64,000 bases of DNA from an uncultured Eubacteriales bacterium (GTDB lineage Bacteria > Acidobacteriota > Aminicenantia > Aminicenantales > Aminicenantaceae). The notes beneath the pieces are model-generated. The model worked only from the letters and a program-made list of their open reading frames with translations, was not told the origin of the DNA and made no database searches. Location: contig CAYTBG010000001.1 of NCBI GenBank assembly GCA_964435925.1, positions 2,331 to 66,330 on the forward strand. The letters are read 5' to 3'. This document shows positions 28,007-36,861 of this stretch, piece after piece. The translations under genes were made by a program, and so were the position numbers. Position 1 is the first letter of the stretch. Each line of letters opens with the position of its first letter.

Positions 28007-28762
28007 TTGAAAGAGAAAATAAGCATTATGGATAGAATTGCAGAGTCAAACAAATCTGTAACTACAGGAATTGATGAGAAGGATATTAAGGATTGGGTTA
28101 CAATTTATATAATGGGAAAGGCTTATAAGGTTCCAGCTGCGCTAACAATTATGCAGTCCATGGAGTTTGCTGGGTATAGGTTTGTCAGGTCTGCAGGATG
28201 CAGGGCAGGATTCTGTGGCGCCTGTGCTACAGTTTACAGAAAAGCTGGCGACTATAAACTACAGACTGCCATGGCCTGCCAAACAAGAGTTGAAGAAGGA
28301 ATGTACTTGGTTCAGATACCTTTTGCACCCGCAGAAAAAGCCACTTACGACATTAACAAAGAAAAATACGATATCGGTGTATTATTCAAACACTACCCAG
28401 AGCTTGCAAGGTGTGTAGCCTGCAATACATGTACAAAATCATGTCCTCAGGAACTCGAGGTCATGGATTATATCCAAGATGCAATCAAAGGAGATTTTAA
28501 AGCTGTTGCTGAGGAATCATTTGATTGTATTCAGTGCGGGCTTTGTGCCATCAGATGTCCTGCAGAACTTGTCCAGTATCATATTGCTCAGCTAGCCAGA
28601 AGAATGTATGGCCGATACGGACGCCCAGAGCCAGAACATCTAAAAAACAGGTTGAAAGAGATAGAAAAAGGTAAATATAAAGAAGATTGGAACAAACTTA
28701 TTAAGGCTACGATCAAAGATCTTGAAAAATTTTATGCTGATAGAGAAAGGGAGCCAGATTAA
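28007..28762 (+). CDS. succinate dehydrogenase/fumarate reductase iron-sulfur subunit-like protein
   Basis: [2Fe-2S]-type CRAGFCGACA...C followed by CVACNTCTKSCP and CIQCGLCAIRCP. TTG 28007 lies 6 nt after gaggagg; ATG 28028 is an alternative start. Confidence 0.7.
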   Translation: MKEKISIMDRIAESNKSVTTGIDEKDIKDWVTIYIMGKAYKVPAALTIMQSMEFAGYRFVRSAGCRAGFCGACATVYRKAGDYKLQTAMACQTRVEEGMYLVQIPFAPAEKATYDINKEKYDIGVLFKHYPELARCVACNTCTKSCPQELEVMDYIQDAIKGDFKAVAEESFDCIQCGLCAIRCPAELVQYHIAQLARRMYGRYGRPEPEHLKNRLKEIEKGKYKEDWNKLIKATIKDLEKFYADREREPD

Positions 28763-28777
28763 TAAAGGAGGAGAAAA

Positions 28778-30436
28778 ATGTCTGAAATAAAATATATCAG
28801 AGGTTATCCAGAATATATGTGTGAGCTTATAAAGATAGTGAATAAGACAAGGATGAAGAGAAAAGATTATGATCCTCCTGCCATGAGCAAAGAAGAAAGG
28901 AAAGAAGTGCTCAACCTGCATCCAGATTATGCTCACGGTGGTAAAAGAAAGATATCCATAGCGCAGAATAAAGGTGATATAGGACCTAATGAAGTCGTGG
29001 ATCTCCTTGAGGCATATCCTCTCATAGAAGAAGGAGAAATTGATCTTTCTCAAATAGACTACGACGTAGATATTCTAATAATAGGCGGTGGCCTAGCAGG
29101 AACAACAGCAGCAATCTGGGCAAATAATCAAGGCGTTCCACCTGAAAAAATTCTTCTTACAAATAAACTTAGGCATGGTGATTCCAATTCGATGATGGCT
29201 GAAGGAGGAACTCAGGCTGCTGATCGTCAAAATGATTCGCCGCTTATACATTTCTTGGATGCCATGGGGGGAGGACATTTTGCTAATAAGCCAGATGTTG
29301 TTAAAGGACTGGTTGAAGATGCTCCCCTAATCATGCATTGGCTTTTAGAATTAGGAGCAATGATTGATAGAGAGGAGAATGGAGATTTTACAGAGAAATG
29401 GGGTGGCGGCACTTGCAGAAAAAGAATGCATGCCTGCAGAGATTATACAGGCCTTGAAGAATTGAGAGTCATAAGAGATGAGTTCAGAAACAGGAAAATT
29501 TTGTGCTTAGAATATTATCCCGCAATTGAGCTTCTCACAGATGGCGAAGGAAGGGCTACAGGAGCCGTTCTCTGGAATTGTGAAACAGGCGACTATAAAA
29601 TTGTAAGAGCTAAAACCACTATTCTTGCGACAGGCGGCTTTGGAAGGTTACATATTAGAGGTTTCCCTACCACAAATCATTACGGCGCTACATGTGATGG
29701 AGTGGTCCTTGCCTACCGTACTGGAGCTAAACTGAGGGATGTCGACACAGTCCAGTATCACCCAACAGGAGCTGCCTATCCCCAACAGATAATCGGTCTC
29801 CTCCTTACAGAAAAACTCAGGAGCATGGGTGCTCAACCGGTAAATAAGGACGGAGAAGCCTTTGTCTTTCCTCTTGAACCGAGAGATGTTGAAGCCTCTG
29901 CATTTATAAGAGAATGTTATGTGAGAGAAAAAGGAGTTACAACTCCGACAGGCATGAGAGGTATCTGGCTTGATACTCCTCTCATTGAAATTAAAAATGG
30001 TGAAGGTACCATAGATAATGCCTTCCCAGGAATGAGAAGGATGTTCAATAGATTTGATATTGACATGCGAAAGGATCCGGTTCTAGTCTTTCCTACGCTC
30101 CATTACCAAAATGGAGGAGTAGAAACAGATCCCGAAGGAAAAACAAACGTGCAAGGACTGTTTGTCGCAGGCGAAGTATCGGGTGGAGTCCACGGTAAAA
30201 ATAGACTTATGGGAAATTCTACCCTTGACTGCATAGTCTACGGAAGGAGATCTGGAATCTATGCTGCAAAATATGCTAAAACTGTCAAAGGAAGAGGGAA
30301 GCTTTCATTGGAGCACATGAAAAAATATGTAAATATGCTTAAAAAAGCAGGAATAAAACCCGAGAGAAGAGCTCCAATACTTTTGCCGGAATATAGAGGT
30401 AAAGCAGTATTGGCAAGGATGATTGATATATTTTAA
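28778..30436 (+). CDS. FAD-dependent fumarate reductase/succinate dehydrogenase flavoprotein-like subunit, with an N-terminal extension of about 95 aa
   Basis: DILIIGGGLAGTTAA (FAD fold), VQYHPTG (the family HPT motif), TEKLRSMGA (Arg retained), and GLFVAGEVSGGVHGKNRLMGNSTLDCIVYGRRSG. RBS is aggagg. No membrane-anchor gene is adjacent. Confidence 0.75.
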   Translation: MSEIKYIRGYPEYMCELIKIVNKTRMKRKDYDPPAMSKEERKEVLNLHPDYAHGGKRKISIAQNKGDIGPNEVVDLLEAYPLIEEGEIDLSQIDYDVDILIIGGGLAGTTAAIWANNQGVPPEKILLTNKLRHGDSNSMMAEGGTQAADRQNDSPLIHFLDAMGGGHFANKPDVVKGLVEDAPLIMHWLLELGAMIDREENGDFTEKWGGGTCRKRMHACRDYTGLEELRVIRDEFRNRKILCLEYYPAIELLTDGEGRATGAVLWNCETGDYKIVRAKTTILATGGFGRLHIRGFPTTNHYGATCDGVVLAYRTGAKLRDVDTVQYHPTGAAYPQQIIGLLLTEKLRSMGAQPVNKDGEAFVFPLEPRDVEASAFIRECYVREKGVTTPTGMRGIWLDTPLIEIKNGEGTIDNAFPGMRRMFNRFDIDMRKDPVLVFPTLHYQNGGVETDPEGKTNVQGLFVAGEVSGGVHGKNRLMGNSTLDCIVYGRRSGIYAAKYAKTVKGRGKLSLEHMKKYVNMLKKAGIKPERRAPILLPEYRGKAVLARMIDIF

Positions 30437-30655
30437 GCACATTTTTTTTAAAAAACAAAATATACCCAATTCTGTGAGGCAAAACTGTTAATTTTAGTCA
30501 ATAGAATTTGCCATATTATGTTCAGCCTTATTCTAAAACGGATATCCCCACCAAAGGGAGCTGAAGTATAGAAAGCATAGTTGTTGTGTGTCAAACTTGC
30601 TAAAGGGGGAATAGATTAGAAGATTAAAAGAGATGGATGTTCATTCTAAAAAAAA

Positions 30656-31189
30656 TTAACTACCGCTTCTAGAACCAATTCTTGGATACCGTATCCAGTT
30701 GCCATTCCACATAATCAAATCTTTATCGAAATCAGAAATAGAGAAGACCTGAAAGGTTCCAGCTCCAAACGAACCCACATCGAAGACAAAACTTTCTTGC
30801 GTTTTATCACGTCCAAAAGAAGCAACCAAAAAATCATCGCCTAAGGAGTCAGAAATTCCGTATTCCGCGGCAGCAGAGCCACACCACACTCGGTAGCCAG
30901 ACCCCCACTTGTCATTAAGGGGGAGGGTTTTGACATAAAAAGGAGACATCGCATTATAGAAAGCCGAACTGCCATCATAAATACCTTCTTGGGCAGGAGT
31001 GCTTCCATTATCAGTAACATAGTCTGTAATAGCTACGGCTATGGTTCTTATATCTCTCATCGTGCTTTTCTGTTTGCTTTTATGGATAGCTGTTAGGGCA
31101 TTAGGAACAAACAGAGCAGCCAGAAGTCCAATAATCGCAACTGAGATAAGTAGCTCAATGAGTGTAAACCCTCTTATCGTTTTTTTCAT
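30656..31189 (-). CDS. prepilin-type N-terminal cleavage/methylation domain protein (type IV pilin / pseudopilin)
   Basis: MKKTIRGFTLIELLISVAIIGLLAALFVP is the class III signal (G/FTLIE). The Met at 31189 is preferred over the ORF-track start at 31258. Confidence 0.8.
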   Translation of the reverse strand: MKKTIRGFTLIELLISVAIIGLLAALFVPNALTAIHKSKQKSTMRDIRTIAVAITDYVTDNGSTPAQEGIYDGSSAFYNAMSPFYVKTLPLNDKWGSGYRVWCGSAAAEYGISDSLGDDFLVASFGRDKTQESFVFDVGSFGAGTFQVFSISDFDKDLIMWNGNWIRYPRIGSRSGS

Positions 31190-31464
31190 GCAAGCTTCCT
31201 TTCCTCTCCTCACTTTTTTAGTCGATAAGAGCACTTGGAAATTGAATGCAACATTCACATTTTCTTTTGACTTTTAGAAGGAATTTGATATATTAAATGC
31301 GTTTTTCAAGGAAAGGGGGCGTTTATTTTAACTTTGACGCAGATAAAATAAATTTTTAGAAGCATGTTTGGAAAAGATAAAAAAATTAAGGCCAAACTTT
31401 TTCCTAAATCGCTGCTTCGGACGAAAATCCTTGGCTAAAGCACGACAAGGGAAGGATATCATTC

Positions 31465-31869
31465 ATGGAAGATAAGGAAGCCGCAAAAAGAACATGCATC
31501 CGGTTTGCAATTCCCGGGACTACAATCAGTTATGAGCTCAAGAATTACGCAGAGGAATTTTCCCCTCTTGTCGATATCAGCCGCGGGGGAGCTAAATTTC
31601 TGGGTAAATATCCTCTCGAGATAAATGCAGATATAACCCTGAAAATATCCGTTCCAGGTGAAAGGATTCCCTTAATCCTCCACGGGAAGGTCCGGTGGAT
31701 ATCTATCATTGAGGGAAAAGATCAATACCAGGTCGGAGTTCAATTTAATCCATATGGAGAAAAGGAAAGACAAAATTACCCTGGAAATCTGGTGAAAATC
31801 ATTTCACTCGAGCAAAAATTTGCCCCTACAGATAAAGCCAAAGTCGGGAAATATGAAATTGACAGTTGA
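31465..31869 (+). CDS. PilZ domain protein (paralog 1)
   Basis: KRTCIRF...DISRGGAKF matches the PilZ RxxxR / DxSxxG c-di-GMP binding pattern. 134 aa. Confidence 0.75.
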   Translation: MEDKEAAKRTCIRFAIPGTTISYELKNYAEEFSPLVDISRGGAKFLGKYPLEINADITLKISVPGERIPLILHGKVRWISIIEGKDQYQVGVQFNPYGEKERQNYPGNLVKIISLEQKFAPTDKAKVGKYEIDS

Positions 31870-32028
31870 TAAATATCCAATAAATCAGCATAATATCTAA
31901 AAAAGAAATTTACTAATAGGATTTAAATATTAAAACTCTTGTTGCTTTCTTAGAATAGGATGACGATCTCGAACGACACTGTCAAAAGATCAAATGAAAT
32001 GCTCTAGGACAAACAAAGGAGACTTTAG

Positions 32029-32430
32029 ATGGAAGAAGAGGGAATAGAAAAAAGGACATGCATCCGGTTCCAAATTCCTGGAGCTACTGTCAGCTATCAG
32101 TTCAAGGAACATGTAGAGGAATTTTCCCCTCTTGTTGATATAAGCCGCGGGGGACTCAAGTTTATAGGAAAGAAACCTCCGGAGATGAACACTGAAGTAA
32201 CCCTGAATATTTCCATTCCCGGTGAAAGAATTCCTTTTACTATGCAGGGAAAAGTGCAGTGGATATCTTATGTTGAGGCCAAAGATCAATACTTTATCGG
32301 GGTCCAGTTTAATCCCTACGGAGAAAAACAAGGGGAAAATTACCCCGGAAACATGGTAAAAATCATCGCCCTTGAGCAAAAATACGCAATTAAAGATAAA
32401 GCTAAAACCGGGAAATTTGAAATTAACTAG
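32029..32430 (+). CDS. PilZ domain protein (paralog 2)
   Basis: KRTCIRF...DISRGGLKF. Collinear with, and highly similar to, the 31465 gene over its full length. Confidence 0.75.
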   Translation: MEEEGIEKRTCIRFQIPGATVSYQFKEHVEEFSPLVDISRGGLKFIGKKPPEMNTEVTLNISIPGERIPFTMQGKVQWISYVEAKDQYFIGVQFNPYGEKQGENYPGNMVKIIALEQKYAIKDKAKTGKFEIN

Positions 32431-32470
32431 CTAGAAGAGATGTAGCCTGGGGACGTTCCCTTTTTTCTTT

Positions 32471-34543
32471 TTATTTTTCTTGTCCTTCGATGACTATTTG
32501 AGAGTAATCTGCGACTTGGATCAATAGTTTGCTTATGGCTTGGAGGAGAGCCAGACGGTTTCGCCTCATTCTTTTATCATCAGTCATTACCAGAACATTA
32601 TCAAAAAACTTATTTATTGAAGATCTAATCCTGAAAATAATTCTCTGCACCTGAGGAAAATCTCCTTTAGAAATTAATGGAAGGACATTATTCTTTACTA
32701 TGGAAAAAGTAGTATAAAGCTCCCTCTCTTCCTTTTCAGCCAGCAGTGCTTGATTGATTTTAAACAGAGGTTGATCTTTCAGAATATTGTTTACTCTTTT
32801 GGCGATGATGATCAAAGGTGCAAAATTCGGACTTTCCTTAAGACTATCCAGCGCTTTAAGCCTGAGATAGGAATGATAGATGTTATCAATCCCCACGGAA
32901 ACGGAAGCACTGATCAAGTCATACCGGTATCCTTGCCTCTCAAAAATGTAGCGCAACCTGTTTGAAAAGAAGTCCAGGCAGTAACTTTTTATTTTATCTT
33001 TAGGCTCTCGGAGTTTCTCTCCGTAAATGGCCATCACTTTGTCCAGAAGCCGCGAGAAAGAAAAGCAAAGCTTTCTCTCAATTATCACCTTACAGATACC
33101 TTGGGCATTTCGTCGCAAACCAAAGGGATCCTTGGACCCTGTCACTTTTATCCCGGTTCCAACCACTCCCACGACAGAGTCCAATTTATCAGCTATGGAT
33201 AGTACGGCTCCAGTCAAGGAAGAGGGAGATTCATCATCCAAGTTTACGGGCTGATAGTGTTCATAAACTGCTTTCCAAACCAGGGCAGGATATTTCTCTT
33301 CCCTGGCATAGAGCCCGCCTACATTTCCCTGAAGTGAGGGAAATTCTCTTACCATCTCTGTGAGAAGGTCTGCCTTGGAAAGCTCAGCCGCCTGAATAAC
33401 CTGTTTCTTTTCCTTTTTAGCCTCGATCTTATCAGCCAGGTAAGAAACTGCTTTCTTTAATCTCTGAGTTTTATCCCCATAGCTCCCCAGTTTTTCCTGA
33501 AAGACAATCTTATTTAAGTCTTTTGTTCTGTCTTTTAAGGTTATCTTTTTGTCTTGTTCCCAGAAAAATTTGGCATCCTCCAATCGAGCTTTAAGCACTC
33601 TCTCATTTCCCTTTCGAATAAGAGACTTTGAATCCTGGTAGGCATCAGCCACACCTAAAAAGAAAGGCCGTTGTTTCTTCTCTTTGACAATAGAGAACAA
33701 TTTCTGCCCTTCTCTCATAGCAGTGCTTAATACTTCCAGAGGTAAATTTAAATATTCTTCCGGAAACGAGCCCAGGAAAACATGAGGATATTCGATATCA
33801 TAGACAATGCATTCAAGAAGATCTTCATCCGGATGAAGGCTGGCTTTGAGAGAGGCCAACTTCCGCACTATCTGATTTAAAATCATCGTTCTTCTTTCTT
33901 CCTGATCAATCACAACCTTCATCTTTTTTAGAGCGTCTTGGTACTCTCTGAAGGATCTCACTTTAATTTTCTTGGGAAAATATATCTTATGACCGGTTGT
34001 TGAATTCCCAGCGTGTATTCCTTCAATCGAAAAGGGAAGCCTCTTCCCGCCGAAAAGACAGAGGATATTTTTTATCGGGCGGGAAAATCTAAAAGAACTT
34101 TCCCCCCATCTCATCATTTTAGGGAACGAAAGGGAAGAGACAATTTGAGGCAGAACCTCGGAAAGAATATCTTGAGTGGGCTTTCCCCTTTCGATCTTTT
34201 TTAAACCCAGATACTCTCCCTTTGCGGTCTTTATAACTTTAAGTTCACTGACTCTAACTCCTTGAGACTTAGCAAATCCCTTGGCCGCAGGCGAAAAAGA
34301 TCCGTCCTTTTTTACGGCAACATCTTTAGGAGGACCGGTAATTTCCTCTTCTCTATCTTTTTGGGATGGAGCAAAATCACCGACAACAACCATACGACGG
34401 CAGGTTCCATATGTTTCGATTTGTCCTCCATCAATATTCTGCGAAGAGAGCTCTTCCTTTAATTTTTCCTTCAGTTGTACAAGAGCAGCTTTTACGTGCG
34501 CAGGAGGCATTTCTTCGGTGTTTATCTCTAAGATAAATTCCAT
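32471..34543 (-). CDS. glyS: glycine--tRNA ligase beta subunit
   Basis: 690 aa. MEFILEINTEEMPP N-terminus and overall GlyS architecture. It overlaps the glyQ stop by 1 nt. Confidence 0.9.
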   Translation of the reverse strand: MEFILEINTEEMPPAHVKAALVQLKEKLKEELSSQNIDGGQIETYGTCRRMVVVGDFAPSQKDREEEITGPPKDVAVKKDGSFSPAAKGFAKSQGVRVSELKVIKTAKGEYLGLKKIERGKPTQDILSEVLPQIVSSLSFPKMMRWGESSFRFSRPIKNILCLFGGKRLPFSIEGIHAGNSTTGHKIYFPKKIKVRSFREYQDALKKMKVVIDQEERRTMILNQIVRKLASLKASLHPDEDLLECIVYDIEYPHVFLGSFPEEYLNLPLEVLSTAMREGQKLFSIVKEKKQRPFFLGVADAYQDSKSLIRKGNERVLKARLEDAKFFWEQDKKITLKDRTKDLNKIVFQEKLGSYGDKTQRLKKAVSYLADKIEAKKEKKQVIQAAELSKADLLTEMVREFPSLQGNVGGLYAREEKYPALVWKAVYEHYQPVNLDDESPSSLTGAVLSIADKLDSVVGVVGTGIKVTGSKDPFGLRRNAQGICKVIIERKLCFSFSRLLDKVMAIYGEKLREPKDKIKSYCLDFFSNRLRYIFERQGYRYDLISASVSVGIDNIYHSYLRLKALDSLKESPNFAPLIIIAKRVNNILKDQPLFKINQALLAEKEERELYTTFSIVKNNVLPLISKGDFPQVQRIIFRIRSSINKFFDNVLVMTDDKRMRRNRLALLQAISKLLIQVADYSQIVIEGQEK

Positions 34544-35391
34544 CAGGGTGAACTCTCCCTAGCTGTGTATTTTTCAGCAATCTGACTGACCAGGCCTCTT
34601 ATCTGAGCAATCATTTTGACTCTCTCTGTAACACTTATTGCCCCTCTGGAGTCCAGAAGGTTAAAAAAATGGGAGCATTTTAGACACATGTCGTATGCGG
34701 GAAGGAGCAGATCTTTATCGATGAGCTGCCTGGCCTCTTTCTCGTTCAAAAGGAAAGAGTCCTTAAGTCTCCTTACGTTGGCCAGGCTGAAATTGTATTC
34801 TGAAAACTCCCTTTCCTCAATGAACCGTAAATCCTGGTAGCTGACATCGTCAGACCAGTTCAGGTCATAAATATTATCTTTTCCCTCCAGAAACATTTCT
34901 AACCTTTCCAGGCCGTAAGTGATTTCAACGGGTACCGGAAAAAGCTCAATCCCGCCTGCCTGCTGGAAGTAAGTAAACTGAGTAATCTCCAGCCCATCCA
35001 GTAAAACCTGCCACCCAACACCCCAGGCGCCAATGGAGGGAGCTTCCCAGTCATCTTCGTCGAATCGAATATCATGATCCTGGAGATTGATGCCCAGAGC
35101 ACCCAAGCTCTTAATGTAGATTTGCTGAATGTCCGAAGGAGATGGCTTCATGATAACCTGGTATTGGAAGTGCTTCTGGACTCGGTGAGGGTTTTCTCCG
35201 TAGCGGCCATCCGCAGGTCTCCGCGACGGCTGAACATAGGCAACTTTCCACGGTCTTTTATCAAGAACTCTGAAAAACGTATCAGGAGTCATGGTTCCCG
35301 CACCAACCTCAAGGTCATAAGATTGAGCAAGATAGCATCCTCGGTTAGCCCAGAACTTCTGAAGATTCATAATAAGGCTTTGAATACTCAT
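34543..35391 (-). CDS. glyQ: glycine--tRNA ligase alpha subunit
   Basis: LQKFWANRGC...YVQPSRRPADGRYGENP...GLERL are highly conserved GlyQ blocks. Confidence 0.95.
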   Translation of the reverse strand: MSIQSLIMNLQKFWANRGCYLAQSYDLEVGAGTMTPDTFFRVLDKRPWKVAYVQPSRRPADGRYGENPHRVQKHFQYQVIMKPSPSDIQQIYIKSLGALGINLQDHDIRFDEDDWEAPSIGAWGVGWQVLLDGLEITQFTYFQQAGGIELFPVPVEITYGLERLEMFLEGKDNIYDLNWSDDVSYQDLRFIEEREFSEYNFSLANVRRLKDSFLLNEKEARQLIDKDLLLPAYDMCLKCSHFFNLLDSRGAISVTERVKMIAQIRGLVSQIAEKYTARESSP

Positions 35392-35392
35392 T

Positions 35393-36859
35393 TTATCCTT
35401 TTCTGGACGACTTTTTTTTCTCCATCCACATTAAAACAGGATTCCGCGCAGCACTGGTCTCGTCCAGGCGCCGCACGTAGGATGTATGTGGAGCAGACCT
35501 CACAACCTCTGGATTCTTTTTTGCTTCTTTCGAGATCTGCTTCATGGCGTCAATAAAAAGATCAAGATCTCTCTTGCTTTCAGTCTCTGTGGGTTCGGTC
35601 ATTAAAGCCCCATGAATGATCAACGGAAAAGACATGGTCGGAGGGTGCAGGCCAAAATCGATGAGCCTTTTGGCTATGTCAATGTTCCCGACACCGTGTT
35701 CTCTCTGAAACTTATCTGAAAAAACACACTCATGAAGAGTAGGTGTCTTGTACTTCAGATAATACTCTCTTTCCAGGCTCTTGCGAACATAATTAGAATT
35801 CAAAACTGCAACCTCTGATACCTCCTTTAATCCTTCGTGTCCTAAGGATAAAATATATGCCAGTGCTTTGACAATAACTAAAAAATTCCCGTAGAAGCTG
35901 TGGACTTTTCCGATACTCTTCGGCCGGTCAAAGTTAAGGAAGTATTTTTCTTCTTTCCTTTCTATGATGGGAAGAGGAAGATAAGGCTTCAACATCTGCT
36001 TTACCCCTACTGGTCCAGAACCGGGGCCGCCACCGCCATGCGGTGTGGAAAATGTCTTGTGCAGGTTCAGATGGATCACATCAACATCCATATCTCCAGG
36101 TCTGCAGACTCCTATAAGAGCGTTCATGTTGGCTCCATCCATGTAGACAAAGCCACCTTTGGAATGAACAATTTCGGCCATTTTTTTTATATCAGCTTCG
36201 AAAACTCCCAATGTATTCGGGTTAGTTATCATCAAGGCAGCCACTTCTTCTGTCATGTTCTGGGCAAGACTCTTCAGATCAATCGTTCCCTTTTTATTGG
36301 ATCGGATTTCTTGAACACGATAACCGCAGAGGTGAGCGCTTGAAGGATTGGTTCCATGAGCTGAATCCGGAATGAGGACGATTTTTCTCGGGTTTCCCCT
36401 CTCTTCAAAATAGGCACGGATGAGCATCATGCCCACTAGCTCACCTTGAGCCCCGGCAGAAGGCTGAAGACTAAAGGCATCCATTCCTGTCAACTCAGCC
36501 AGAAGCTCCTCTGTTGTTTTGAGAACCTCGAGATTTCCCTGGATTAAATCAAGCGGAGCAGCAGGATGGGAGGAGTTAAATTCCAAGAGAGAGGCTATTT
36601 TTTCGTTTATTTTAGGATTGTACTTCATAGTACACGAACCCAGAGGATAAAAACCAACATCTATACAATGATTTGTCTGGGAAAGCCGGGTAAAATGCCT
36701 GACAATTTCCACTTCTGAAACCTGAGGAAAACCTTCTATTTCATCCCTGGAGGGAAGATTCCGAAGTAGGTCCTTTTTAGAAGGAACATCAAGCTCGGGC
36801 AGAGAAAAGGCTTTTTTTCCCTTCTCGCTAATTTCAAATATCAAAGGTTCACGAATCAT
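35393..36859 (-). CDS. gcvPB: glycine dehydrogenase (aminomethyl-transferring) subunit 2
   Basis: PLP-Lys region HLNLHKTFSTPHGGGGPG, with GcvPB length and order. Confidence 0.9.
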   Translation of the reverse strand: MIREPLIFEISEKGKKAFSLPELDVPSKKDLLRNLPSRDEIEGFPQVSEVEIVRHFTRLSQTNHCIDVGFYPLGSCTMKYNPKINEKIASLLEFNSSHPAAPLDLIQGNLEVLKTTEELLAELTGMDAFSLQPSAGAQGELVGMMLIRAYFEERGNPRKIVLIPDSAHGTNPSSAHLCGYRVQEIRSNKKGTIDLKSLAQNMTEEVAALMITNPNTLGVFEADIKKMAEIVHSKGGFVYMDGANMNALIGVCRPGDMDVDVIHLNLHKTFSTPHGGGGPGSGPVGVKQMLKPYLPLPIIERKEEKYFLNFDRPKSIGKVHSFYGNFLVIVKALAYILSLGHEGLKEVSEVAVLNSNYVRKSLEREYYLKYKTPTLHECVFSDKFQREHGVGNIDIAKRLIDFGLHPPTMSFPLIIHGALMTEPTETESKRDLDLFIDAMKQISKEAKKNPEVVRSAPHTSYVRRLDETSAARNPVLMWMEKKKSSRKG

Positions 36860-36861
36860 TT

